DNA of 64,000 nucleotides from Octopus vulgaris (GCA_951406725.2 OX597816.1:62558001-62622000), one strand, 5' to 3'. Shown: positions 13,777-26,360, counted from the first letter of the stretch. Program-made: numbers and translations. The notes: generated from the letters alone by a model not told the origin.

Positions 13777-14389
13777 TATAATACAGCTTTTGATTTTTTT
13801 TTTCCAACTACCAGGTTAAATTGGTATCCATGAAAGCGAACCTTTATATTACTAAGAATCTATGGCACAAGGTATAACTAAAAGCCTGAAATCAAGCATT
13901 GATGTTTAGGACAAACCTAAGAAAATAATTTGAGTAGGCAACATGGCTAACAGTTTTGAGGGGAGGTGATTAGTCGATACTATAACTCCCAGTACTTCAC
14001 TGGTATTATATTTTATAGGCACCGGAGAGACCAATGCCAAAGTTGACTTCAGCAAGACTTGAACTATGAACGTAAAGGAAGGTAACGAAATAATGGTTTC
14101 AGATTTTGTCACAAGACCAGCAAGTTGGATGGAAGCGATTAAGTCGATTTCACAGACGTCAGTACTCGAATAGTAAATATTTCTTCCACTCCGAATGGTT
14201 GAAATGCAGAGTGGACCTCAGAGGAATTGGAACTCAGAAGCCGCAAATGAATAATGCAAGATATTTCTTCCGACACTCTAACGATTCTACCAGCCAGTTG
14301 GTTGCCTCTAATGATTTCTTGTAATGTTTCTCCCCACTCCCACCTCACCCTTCCTGTTTCTCTTTCCTCTATTTTTTTAAAACAGTCTT

Positions 14390-14945
14390 AGTTTCATTGC
14401 AGAAAGAACGTTTTGTTGATATTTCGGAACTCTTTCAATTAGTTACCTTTATTCTTCAATAGAATGCTTGCTTTTTTTTTATTTTTAGTCTTCTGTAGAT
14501 ATTTCATAATAGCTTTCTAATTATAGAATTTTCCTATCTCTATGTATCCGTAGTAATTATAAAACTTTCTCTCGGAATTTGAGCGTTGCACATATTCTAA
14601 ATGCAAACATTATTTTTCTCGTTTTCCTGTCTAGTCTCGTTAATTGACTAAGTCTCCAGTTGGATATATAAGTATAACTTATTACTGAAACAGCTAAAGT
14701 ACTGATAACAATTTAATTATTTATTAGCATCGAGCATTGTTGTAGGGATTAATTCAATGTGTTTATTGCATTCCTTGCTAAACTTTTTTCTGTCATTCAT
14801 CCGCTAAACCTAATCTCTTGTTCATGAATGTCTAAAAACTTGTAATTCTGTGATTAGTATAACTCTTTTATCTCTTTTCTTTATCTAGCATAATATTAGT
14901 GTCCCAAATTAATTTTCCATCTTCAAGGTTACTTTGGCGTATTTT
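14390..14945 (-). mobile_element. R4/Dong-like LINE fragment, highly decayed
   Basis: Minus-strand translation gives AKVTLK, TLAVSVISYT and LDRKTRKIM, typical of the RT C-terminal/thumb region of this clade. Confidence 0.6.
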
Positions 14946-14949
14946 TCTA

Positions 14950-15650
14950 ACCGAATTTTACAAACTTTTCTCCAGAGAATCCGAGTAATGTCTGTAACAG
15001 TATTTCCAGATGTTTCTAACATCGACAGCGTAAGATATAAGTTCATCCAGATGAAAAAGAAGAGAAAATTGTTGATTATTTTGGCATAGTACTCGGATCC
15101 TGAACCTTATATGCTAAAAGTGTTAAGACCGGTTAGAAACGAATGAGGAAGGAAATCCCTTTAGAGGCTTCTACTTCTAATAGAGTTCTGAACTGTTTTA
15201 ATAATTAACTCCATTGTTTAATGAGTTGAAAGAATTTGTAGCGGAGAAAGCGCCGTCGGTACGTGGCTTGTAATGGAGAGATCAGGTACGACATCCAAGA
15301 AATTAAGTCATAGATAACTAGGAACATTGTGTGTCTTATAACTTGGATTGCTTTTGCCAAACGAACATCTTAATTGTGTTGCATGACAACGCCGGAGCTT
15401 TCATCCATACACATGCTTTCACGTCTGGTATACCTCAATGTTGACCTTCATAATACTGATTATCTATTCACAGTCATTTCTAGCCTGATACATTCCTATC
15501 CATATAATGCCAACCTTTACTGGTTCTAACCTCCCCATCACTAGATAACGCCCGTGTACTTGAATATTCCTGACGAAGAAGGATTTGTCAAAAATGTGCA
15601 TAGTCATTATCTGACAATCAAATTTGTTTGTAATTACACAAAGCATCATG
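14950..15650 (-). mobile_element. Penelope-like RT relic
   Basis: Minus-strand NFLDVVPDLS and HYSDSLEKS resemble PLE RT NFLDV..DL and Y.EALEKSGY motifs; many stops. Confidence 0.45.
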
Positions 15651-16036
15651 TTAGACGACAGTCTTTTCCGGATTCTTTCGGTTCATGAATGACTATAAGT
15701 GAAAGCTTGTAATGCGTGTATGCTTATATGTTTAAAAACATGCGCGAATGCGCCCGTAATATGTGAGTGTGCGCACACACACATAGATGAATAAATAGAT
15801 AACTAGAAGATACACATACTCTCTTTTACTCTTTTACTTGTTTCAGTCATTTGATTGCGGCCATGCTGGAGCATCGCCTTTAGACGAGCAAATCGCCCCC
15901 AGGACTTATTCTTTGCAAGCCTAGTACTTATTATATCGGTCTCTTTGGCAGAACTGCTTGGTTACGGGGACGTAAACACACCACCATCGGTTATCAAGCG
16001 ATGTTGGGGGGACAAACACAGACACAAACCTATACA

Positions 16037-16081
<45 letters not shown>

Positions 16082-16193
16082 GTATGTATATATATATATA
16101 TATAAAATATTATTAGAGACAAAACCACTATTTTGCAAAACAAACAAGGAAAGACTTAATACATAAAATTTTAATAAATAGTCAAAAAAACCG

Positions 16194-16236
16194 CCACTAC
16201 AATTGTTTCTTGTCTCGATCGACAATCTTCAGGTGG
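16194..16236 (-). ncRNA. Minimal type-I hammerhead ribozyme (canonical core), minus-strand copy
   Basis: ccac-CUGAAGA-ttgtc(gatcga)gacaa-GAAA-caattg-UA-gtgg. Confidence 0.82.
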
Positions 16237-16269
16237 ACTTCCAATAAGTCAGTTTCAAATTTGAAAAGT

Positions 16270-16312
16270 CCACCTGAAGATTGTCGATCAAGACAAGAAA
16301 CAATTGTAGTGG
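16270..16312 (+). ncRNA. Minimal type-I hammerhead ribozyme (canonical core), plus-strand copy
   Basis: ccac-CUGAAGA-ttgtc(gatcaa)gacaa-GAAA-caattg-UA-gtgg; predicted cleavage after GUA at 16308. Confidence 0.82.
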
Positions 16313-16484
16313 CGGTTTTTTTGACTATTTATTAAAATTTTATGTATTGATTAAGTCTTTCCTTGTTTGTTTTGCAAAATAGTGGTTTTGTCTCTAATAA
16401 TATTTTATAATATTTTACTATAAAATTGGATTTAATCCTAAATCTGATTTTTTTCCCTGTAAATTTGGATTTATTCCCTAATAT

Positions 16485-16516
<32 letters not shown>

Positions 16517-16741
16517 GGCGAGTTTCTTTCAGTTTCCGTCTACTAAATCTACTCACAAGGTTTTGGTCGGCCCAAGGCTATGGTAGAAGACACTTGCCCA
16601 AGGTGACACGCAGTGGGACTGAACGCGGAATCATGTGGCTGGTAAGATAGCTACTTACCACACTGCCACTCCTATGCTTATATATACATATATACACATA
16701 GATATACATATATGTCTATAAATAAATATATATACATTTAG

Positions 16742-16823
<82 letters not shown>

Positions 16824-17187
16824 TAAGCAATTAAGGGTTTAGCAACGAATTGCCTTACCACACACCGAATTTAGAAATAGCAGTCAAAGAGATTATAGCT
16901 ATTTCTTCTACTAAAAGGGAGATCACAGTAAAGGCACAGCATTTGAAAGGCAAACACAAACAGGTATATATATATATATATATTTGTATGTGTTCATGTG
17001 CATGTGTATGAGCATGTGTATGTATATATATATATATATATATATATTACGGAGATGTGCTCGCATAGCAAGTAATTTGATCTGAGATCGCGTGCTGAAA
17101 CGAAAACAATTGCAGCGTGGAAGGTGTTTATAAGCCATTTAAGAAACGCACAAAAGGCGTTCGATTCACTTCAACATTTAAGTTTAA

Positions 17188-17237
17188 TTTGTCAAAATAT
17201 TTTCGTCGCTAAAATCCGCGACCTGTTCACTGACAAA
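17188..17237 (-). ncRNA. Candidate minimal hammerhead, G3-C8 variant, second copy
   Basis: Same stems and core as 11611-11661; differences are limited to loop II and the unpaired base after A9. Confidence 0.65.
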
Positions 17238-17250
17238 AATCCGTGCTGCA

Positions 17251-17287
<37 letters not shown>

Positions 17288-17538
17288 GTGTGTATGTCTA
17301 TATAAATATTATATGCATGTACATATGTGTACGTATATGCCTCAGTGACAACTTTATATAACCACACGATAGTCCTGTGTCAGTATATTTATGGTTAAGA
17401 ACATTCCAATGGTAATCACCACATGGTTTTCAGCCATAGTATATATAGTATATATGTCACTGCTACCTGATAGGTTCTTTTTATGATGGTAGACTGTTAT
17501 TTAGGATATATATTGCTGGTCATTTTAGAAGGCTGTCG

Positions 17539-17603
<65 letters not shown>

Positions 17604-17945
17604 GACAGGCTTCTTTCTGTTTCCGTCTACCAAATCCACTCACAAGGCTTTGGTCGACCCGAGGCTATAGTAGAAGACATTTGCCCAAGGTGCCACGCTG
17701 TGGGAATGAACCCGGAACCATGTGGTTGGTAAGAAAGCTTCTTACCACACAGCCACTATCAGGTAGCAGTGACATATATACTATATATACTATGGCTGAA
17801 AACCATGTGGTGATTACCATTGGAATGTTCTTAACCATAAATATACTGACACAGGACTATCCTATGGTTATATAAAGTCGTCACTGAGGCATATACGTAC
17901 ACATATGTACATGCATATAATATTTATATAGACATACACACATAT

Positions 17946-17983
<38 letters not shown>

Positions 17984-18027
17984 AGATGCAGCACGGATTT
18001 TTGTCAGTGAACAGGTCGCGGATTTTA
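17210..18027. repeat. Inverted duplication, arms of about 265 bp (17210-17473 and 17756-18027)
   Basis: Arms are reverse complements including non-microsatellite sequence; the spacer holds an inverted SINE B 5' half. Confidence 0.92.
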
Positions 18028-18280
18028 TATATGTTTGTGTGTGTGTGTGTGTGTATGTGTGTGTGTGTATCTGTGTGTCTGTGTTTGTCCCCCCAAAATC
18101 GTTTGACAACCGATGCTGGTGTGTTTACATCCCCGTAACCTAGCGGTTCTGCAAAAAAGACCGATAGAATAAGTACTAGGCTTACAAAGAATAAGTCCTG
18201 GGGTCGATTTGCTCGGCTAAAGGCAGTGCTCCAGCATAGCTGCAGTCAAAAGACTGAAACAAGTTAAAGGGATTAAAGAT
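17600..18280. mobile_element. Rearranged SINE family B: 5' half on minus (17600-17755), 3' half on plus (18030-18280)
   Basis: Both halves match family B but in opposite orientations. Confidence 0.85.
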
Positions 18281-19054
18281 ATGACTAATGTAAATAAAGG
18301 CAATTTTAATGCAGGTAACTGTATAATGTACGTCCGTATATAAAATAAATTTTTAAAAGAAGATTGTTATGCCTTTACCAAAACATGCTTGGCCATTAAA
18401 AATAAATGGAATCAGTTCAAATCTAAAATGAAAAGTTCCTTGCAAACTTGATTGCAAACTACTCTATAATTTGCAACATTATAAACTCTTTAGCATTTGA
18501 AGAAGAAAAAAAATACTAACAAACAGAGAAATTGAATATGATCTCAAGTATATCTAACGGCGACAGTTAGTAAGAGAAAAATGTTGATATTTATAAGCAA
18601 TCCCAACAATTTTTACTGTTTGTTTGCCTTGAGAAAGACTAACGATCTAACATTTCCGGCACTGTAATTTCTGAAATAAAACGTTCAAACATCACGAAAT
18701 ATGTAGACAGAAATCTTAAGCTACTTTTACAGTATCCGCGAGAAAAAGGAAGCGATTCTAGCTAGCAGGTAATGACAGAAATTCTGAATAGCAACTACAC
18801 TGAGTTAAATTCCTTACCTTGAAAGGAATAAACATGCGCATACATATATTATTTAAAAAAAAACACAAACACACACAGACACGTAGGCACACACACATAT
18901 GCTCATACACGTATAATGTTTGAGTGTAGATATGTATTGATTTCCAGTTAAGGAATGTAACTCTCTCTCTATATATATATATACATGCAACACACACACA
19001 CACAGATATGTATGTATATATATATGTATATACACACAGAGAAAGATAGATAAT

Positions 19055-19117
<63 letters not shown>

Positions 19118-19123
19118 CAGAAA

Positions 19124-19252
19124 CCAACCACATGATTCCGGGTTCATTCCCAATGCGTGGCACTTTGGACAAGTGTCTTCTACTATAGCCTTGTGCCGAC
19201 CAAAGCCTTGTGAGTGGATTTGGTAGACAGAAACAGAAAGAAGCCTGTCGTA

Positions 19253-19330
<78 letters not shown>

Positions 19331-19545
19331 TGTACGCATGTATGTGTGTGCATATGTTTGTGTGTCTGTGTTTGTCCCCCCAACATCGCTTGACAACCAA
19401 TGCAGGTGTGTTTACGTCTCCGTAACCTAACGGTTCGGCAAAACAGTCCGATAGAATAAGTCCTGGTGTCGATATGTTCGACTAAAGGCCGTGTCCCAGC
19501 ATGGCCGCAGTCAAATGACTGAAACAAATAAAAGAGAGAGTAAAA
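19124..19545 (+). mobile_element. SINE family B, 5'-truncated
   Basis: Matches 9533-9940 from CCAACCACATG onward. Confidence 0.88.
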
Positions 19546-19599
19546 TAGTGTCGATAAACAAAAATAAAGAAGGATGGATGGATGGATGGATTTCTCTCT

Positions 19600-19827
19600 T
19601 TCTTTATTACCCACAAGAGGCTAAATACAGAGAGGACAAACAAGGACAGACAATGGTATTAAGTCGATTACATCGACCCCCAGTGCGTAACTGGTATTTA
19701 TTTAATCGACCCGAAAGGATGAAAGGCATAGTCGACCTCGGCGGAATTTGAACTCAGAACGTAACGGCACACTAAATACGGCTACGCATTTCGCCCGGCG
19801 TGCTAACGTTTCTGCCATCTCGCTGCC
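19600..19827 (-). mobile_element. SINE family A, full length
   Basis: Reverse complement of the family A pattern. Confidence 0.88.
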
Positions 19828-20058
19828 TTTTTAAACATGCGTTCCCGTTTCATTGGGAGTTGTTCTACTGACGAAAGCATAGTACACTCAGGTGTGTAGT
19901 ATGTACAATATCCATAAGATTATGCAATAGGTTATACCACTCTCAACTCATGAAGCTTACCACGGAAACAACAGATAAATCAACAGATGATCTCGCTGCT
20001 ATTTATGCTTTGTCGAATGATACTGCTGATTAGTCTTTTTGTTTGTACTGATGTAATA

Positions 20059-20285
20059 TTGGGTTGTCCGGAAAGTTCGTGCCGATTTATAGTAGCTTAC
20101 AATTCGACTTATTTTAGAACATGGTTGAGTCCATAAAATAGGATTTGACTACACTTCCATTTAGAGCACAGTTTAAGCTATCTTTTCGTGGAAGAAGGTT
20201 TATGTTCCTATAACCTGTGTTAATTCTGTAACCCTTTAAAATGGAAGACAAAGTTCCTTTTCGGCACTTGATGCTTTGGGAATCC
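20059..20285 (+). mobile_element. Mariner 5' end fragment
   Basis: TA-TTGGGTTGTCCGGAAAGTTCGTGCCGATTT TIR-like start, then ATGGAAGAC...CGGCACTTGATGCTT resembling a mariner N-terminus. Confidence 0.6.
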
Positions 20286-20739
20286 GGTATGTATGTATGT
20301 ATGTATGTATGTATGTATGTATGTATGTATGTATGTATGTATGTATGTTTGTATGCATGAATGGATGTATGGATGGATGGATGGATACGTGTAGATTCGT
20401 ATGTTTTGATTTATGTATGTATTCTCATGCACATCGTAGCATATCTAGACATGATTATAGCGGTTTTCCGTTCTGTTCCTCGATCGTGTTGTTGCTGATG
20501 TTGTTTCCAGCCATGTTATTTGTTGTAACTCTCTGCATAGTAAATTCAAGTTTCAGTCGATCATGAATAAAAACCTCCTTCAGTTAATTCATCTGAAGAT
20601 TAACCATTTATTTAACAAGGCTGATAGTTGTGGCTCCAAAGTTAGAGGTAGTATTCGTCGTACCTTCGATATATAGTCTCCCACGCCAAACACGCGACTT
20701 GTCATTTCAAGTTGATAGAGTTATGTACGTATGTATGTA

Positions 20740-21037
20740 AAGCGAGATAGATGAGTGACAACCTGGCCACTGGTGGTGGTGTTACACACCATACTAATCA
20801 TATCTGCCAGGCATGTGGAAGAGAGTGTAATTCGGCAGGTGGACTTAAACGACATGCAAAGGTACATGAAGCCCAGTTACAACTACAGCCGACTATTACC
20901 GATAAAGGTTTTAGCTGCCAATTCTGTACAAGACATTGTAGATCTTTAGCTGGGCTAGAAAGTCACATTCGATCACAGCACCAATAACAGTTAAGCTTCG
21001 TGCAATGACCATACTGATAACGAGGGGACAGCCATCA
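20740..21037 (+). mobile_element. 5'-truncated RTE-like LINE 3' end with two C2H2-like fingers and an (ATGT)n tail
   Basis: CQACGRECNSAGGLKRHAKVH and CQFCTRHCRSLAGLESHIRSQH, stop, short UTR, then (ATGT)n; no TGEKP linker. Confidence 0.7.
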
Positions 21038-22014
21038 TGTATGTATGTATGTATGTATGTATGTATGTATGTATGTATGTATGTATGTATGTATGTATGT
21101 ATGTATGTGTGTATGTATGTATGTATGTGTGTATGTATGTATATATGTATGTATGTGTGAGACGAGCATGTGCACAGTTTCCATTCTACTGGTGAGAAAC
21201 TTGCCATGTTGTTCCATTGAACTCGGACGATGTGTTTGTGAAACGAAATTTTCTGCCAAACCGCCATGACTGCGCCATATTGCAAAATATTTCTATAGCA
21301 TACATTTGTGAAGTCTGGGTAGCGACATTAAATAACTATTGTGAAAAGGAAGGTTGAAACATTTCCGGCAGCACAACCTTAATTAAAGCAAGATATTTCA
21401 GCAATGTATCAGAAACATCAATATATTCTATGATGTCTCTGTATGTGTGTATATGTGTGTATGCTTACAAATAAACAGGCATTGATGTGTACACCCACGT
21501 GTATGTGTTTGTGTGTTTACATTTGCATATGTACGTGTACATATATATATATATCTTCATATATATAAATGTATTAATGTATACATGTATAATATATGCA
21601 TATATATGTACATATACGTAGATATACATACAAATGTATTAATGTATACATATAAATATTATATATATATATATATACATATAAATATGTATATATATAT
21701 GTATGTATAAATGTATATACACACACACATAGATAAAGGTATATATATATATATGTATATCGGTGTGTGTATGTGTGCTATGTGTATGTACATATAGATA
21801 GGTATGTGTGGTAAGTGAGGGCATGGTCATATGTACATCTGTGTGTGTGAGTGTATGTATGTATACAGTTATACATACATATAATAATATAAATGATATG
21901 TAAATATATGCATATATACATATATATGTATGTATGCATATATTTATATATTATTTATATTATTATATGATCGAACGCCACGCATCCTTTTCCAAGTTTT
22001 ATACATACATACAT

Positions 22015-22068
<54 letters not shown>

Positions 22069-22346
22069 AGAGAGAGAGAGAGAGAGAGTGACATAAACTC
22101 TAACTCACACACAAGCATACACATACGCACACGAACACACAAAGGCAAAAATTTTCAATAATGTATAACATTGCATAGATACTTCGTCAACAATGCAATT
22201 ATGAACATTCTCGGTAAGAATACAAACGCGTCGATAATTTAAAGATCTAATTTTTGCAAGGAACTCGTAGACGTCAGTTAAATCTACATGTAACCGTTAT
22301 ATAACGTGCAAACAATCAGATACTTGCTGAAGCTCAATATCCATGT

Positions 22347-22405
<59 letters not shown>

Positions 22406-22709
22406 GGTTTATGCAAATTTTTGTACCACTAGTCATTCTCAATTACCAGATGGAAATTACGATTCCATTTCCCTAGAGTACTTCAGCTGACTTCGACGTA
22501 ATTCCGCTCGCATCCGTCCAGGTCATTGGTTTGTATTTCGAATTAAGCGACATCTGTTATTCTTAGATTTTTGTATTAACTAATTCTGTAACTGTCAATC
22601 GTGTAATGGGGTTTATCAGCATCTCTTGATGATATAACAAAGATTCTCCAGTATTTGTACGCTATTTAGTTAATGGTTCCCCATAATGATCTGTGGACGT
22701 TTGAATAAC

Positions 22710-24290
22710 AGTAGCAGTAGTAGTAGCAGTGGTGATGAGCCATTATGATAATCGCATCACACATAATTGATTTCCTATATATCTTCTTGTGTATAAAGCC
22801 TTATACGAATGATGGTGCTTGTGATGGTGGTGGTGGTGGTGGTAATGATGGCTATAGTGGTGTTGGTGTTGGTGTTGGTGGTCATTGTCCTTGCAGTAGT
22901 TGTGGCGGTGGTATGGTGATCGTGATGCTACTACTGCTAATAATAAGGATCGACATGGTCGTGTTGGTGTATCTGGTAGTGGAGTGGTAGTTATGGTGGC
23001 AGTTGTGCCGGTTACAGCTGTGCTTGTGGTTGTGGCTGTGGTTGCGGTTGAGGTTGTGGTGCTCTTGGTTGTGATCAAACTATCGGTGAGCAAATTAATG
23101 AAGGAGGTTGAATTCATAATAGTGATCGAAATGGTGAGGATCTTATTGCTGTGGTGGTGTTGGTGTTAGTGTTGGTGTTGGTGGTGGTGGTGGTGGTGGC
23201 GATGGTGGCATTGGTAGCCCATGCTGCTGGTGGTAGTGGTGGTGGTGGTGGTGGTGATGGTGGTGGTGATAGTGGTGGTGGTAGTGGTGGTGTTGGTTGT
23301 GGTGGTGGTGGTGGTGGCGATGGTCGTGGCATTTGTAGCTCATGCTGGTAGTAGTGGTGGTGGTGGTGGCGGTGTTGCTGGTGCCTGTAGTGACCCATAC
23401 TGGTATTGGGGGGGGGGGGGGTCATTGAATGTGGTAACGGTGCTGGTAGTAGCGAGAGATTCTAGTGGTGGTGGTGGTGCAGTTGACGGTCGTCGTCGCC
23501 TTCATCGTCATGGCCATCGGTGATGGTGGTCGAATTTGGAGAATGAGAAAAGATGATGATGGCACTTTTGGTTGGTGATGGCAGTAGAGATGTTCGTGGG
23601 TTTTCAAGGAGGTATTAATAGTGGTGGTGGTGGTGGTGGTGGCGGCGGTGGTGGTCATCGTCGTCGTGGAAATGATGCTGGCGGTAATAGTGCTCAAGAT
23701 AACAGAGGTCTGTTGCCATGGTGATGGCGATGGTGGTGTTGGTGTTGGTGGTGGTGGCGGTGGTTGTGGTGGTGGTTTTGGTAATCGATTTGCATGTGAC
23801 TTGTGGTTGGATTGGTGACTGAGGTGGTGGGAGTGGGAGTGGGGGTGTTAGGGGGTCGAAGTCGTAGGGGATTATCGATGGTATTTGGAATAACGGTGAT
23901 GCTTGTTGTCACAGTGATGATGGTGTTGGTGGTGCAGATTGTAGTGGTAATGGTGGCGGCGGTGGCAGGCGTGGTGGTTGTAGTGGTAGTGGTGGTGACG
24001 ATGATTGCGATGATTGAGGTGCCTCGTAGTGGTGACGGTGATTGTGGTGATGGTGGTGGTGGTGGTGGTAATGATTGTAGTATGTGGTGGTGATGATGGT
24101 GGTGGTAGTGGTGGTGGTGACGATTGTAGTATGTAGTGGTGATGATGGTGGTGATGATGGTGATGGTGGTGGTGGTGGTGATGATTGTAGTATGTGATGG
24201 TGGTGGTGATGGTGGTGGTGATGGTGGTGGTGGTATTGGTGATGGCGATGTTTGATGTGACTTGTAGTGATGATGGCAGTGGTGGGTCAT
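22710..24290. repeat. Degenerate (GGT/GAT)n trinucleotide low-complexity tract, about 1.6 kb
   Basis: Continuous GGT-based triplets with strong G/T strand skew. Confidence 0.95.
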
Positions 24291-25024
24291 GGGGACGAAT
24301 TTTATTCGCATTTCTAGGGTTTATCTTAGCTGTCATTGCAAATTCTAACGAAACACTCAAATGATTCCATTCTTGCCATTGAATATCTGAACGGAAGGAA
24401 TCAAATGTGGTATGCCATATCAGAATCTCTTATCCCATCATATGGATCTCCGTCGGTTTCTACAATGAGTATTCATTTGTTCAGTTATATGGATTCCCCA
24501 CTTATTTACGTTTCATATAAGTGGCAGAATACTCCACAGACCCCTTTTAACTTTTAAGGAAATTCTCAAGGAATATCAGTGTAAAACATCTTGGAAGAAG
24601 TTCGGAAGGTTGAATCGCAGGTAAAATCCATCCAATAGGCTTCTACAAAGTTACCTTCTACTTAATTCCAATTACAAAACATTAAACAAACCGAAACTAA
24701 CGTGCAAGACATTTTCTCAGAATGCCGAGCAGTGGAATTGAACCAACGACCTTGTGATCATAAAGCAAATATTTGGACATTTTAAACATGCTATGTCCAT
24801 GTCATTATGTTTTTTTGTTTGTTTATTCCTTCTCGAGCCATGTCCGGCTCATAAGGGCCTGTTTCCCGGTTTCATTGGCGTATAGGTTCCCCACCTGGAC
24901 GGGAAGCCGGTCCGTCGCATGTATGTATGTATGTATGTATGTATGTATGTATGTATGTATGTATGTATGTATGTATGTATGTATGTATGTATGTTTGTAT
25001 GTATGCATGTATATATGTATCACT

Positions 25025-25412
25025 TTTATTCTTTTACTTATTTTAGTCATTTGACTGTGGCCATGCTGGAGCACCGCCTTTATTCGAGCAAATCGACTAC
25101 GGGACTTATTCTTTGTAAGCCTAGTACTTATTCTATCGGTCTCTTTTGCCGAACCGCTAGGTTTATGGGGACGTAGACACACCACCATCGGTTGTCAATC
25201 GACGTTGGGGGGGACAAGCACAGACACACAAACACATACACACATATATATACATATGCATATATACGACGGGCTTCTTTCAGTTTCCGTCTACCAAATC
25301 CACTCACAATACTTTGGTCGGATCGCGGTTATCGTAGAAGACACTTGTCTAAGGTGTCACGCAGTGGGACTGAACCCGGAACATGTGGCTGGTAAGGAAG
25401 CTACTTACCACA
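25025..25412 (-). mobile_element. SINE family B
   Basis: Reverse complement of the family B pattern. Confidence 0.88.
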
Positions 25413-25469
25413 CGTGCCGGATTATTAAAAAAATATGGTTTTAGTTTTACCTAGTTAAATCTAATTAAT

Positions 25470-25802
25470 AAATATTTGGTATTGTTGTATTTCAGGATGG
25501 TCATATTTCTTTTTTTGCCAAATATACACGCGCACAATGTGCTTGTTCTTCATTCGTTTATTACTGTTCTTATTTCTATTCTAGAAGAACAGAATGGAAT
25601 AATTGGAGCAAGAGCACGCACGAAAATGAAAGTATCGTTGAAGAGGTCACAGATGTGTGACGAAAGATTTCCGGAGAATGGACACGCGTTAAAATGGACA
25701 TGAATTAAGATTTTTTTAATAAATAAGAACGGCAATAAACGAGTGTTTATTTGGCAAAAAATATATATAAAATACCATCCCGAAATACTACAATATCTAT
25801 TT
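25470..25802. mobile_element. MITE-like element with imperfect inverted arms of about 60-70 bp
   Basis: TATTGTTGTATTTCAGGATGG...TTTTTTGCCAAATATACAC versus GTGTTTATTTGGCAAAAAA...CCATCCCGAAATACTACAATA. Confidence 0.65.
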
Positions 25803-25940
25803 CAACACACGATTTCACATCAGGAGTCTTGCAACACAAATTGATAAACGCAATATTTGGCAAATCTAATGAAAGAAACACTAGATTACTAGTAATAGAA
25901 CCGTTTATTACTAGAGCACTGGGTTTCCATATAAAAGTTT

Positions 25941-26084
25941 AGGCGCAGGAGTGACTGTGTGGTAAGTAGATTGCTTACCAGGCACCTTGGGCAAGTGTCT
26001 TCTACTATAGCCTCGGGCCGACCAAACCCTTGTGAGTGGATTTAGTAGACGGAAACTGAAAGAATCCCGTCGTATATATGTATG

Positions 26085-26137
<53 letters not shown>

Positions 26138-26360
26138 ATGTGTGTGTGTATATGTTTGTGTGTTTGTGTTTGTCCCCTAGCATCGCTCGACAACCGATGG
26201 TAGTGTCTTTACGTCCTCGTAACGTAGCGGTTCGGCAAAAGACACCGATAGAATGAGTACTAGGCTTACAAAGAATAAGTCCTCGGATCGATTTGCTCGA
26301 CTAAAGGCCGTGTTCCAGTATGGCTGCAGTCAAATGACTGAAACAAGTAAAATAGCAAAG
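25941..26360 (+). mobile_element. SINE family B with B-box region deleted
   Basis: AGGCGCAGGAGTGACTGTGTGGTAAG head; body and tail match family B. Confidence 0.88.

Larger units (their letters stand above)
16101..16409. repeat. Near-perfect inverted repeat (about 140-bp arms, 25-bp spacer), PLE pseudo-LTR-like
   Basis: 16101-16240 is the reverse complement of 16266-16409; each arm carries a hammerhead motif. Confidence 0.95.
15820..16678 (-). mobile_element. SINE family B interrupted in its microsatellite by a palindromic insert
   Basis: 3' half at about 15820-16030 and 5' half at about 16515-16678 flank the insert at about 16101-16500. Confidence 0.88.

Noticed and set aside
16891-16930. 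Minus-strand GUGAUCU...GAAA-tagcta-UA in a TA-flanked insert
   Set aside because: A9 is missing and stems I and II pair poorly; only a family consensus could rescue it
20751-20987. Host C2H2 zinc-finger gene
   Set aside because: No TGEKP linker, isolated, and followed by a LINE-like UTR and microsatellite tail
22743-24360. His/Pro/Thr/Val-rich ORFs up to 205 aa
   Set aside because: Products of the GGT repeat in overlapping frames on both strands; no domain or splice support
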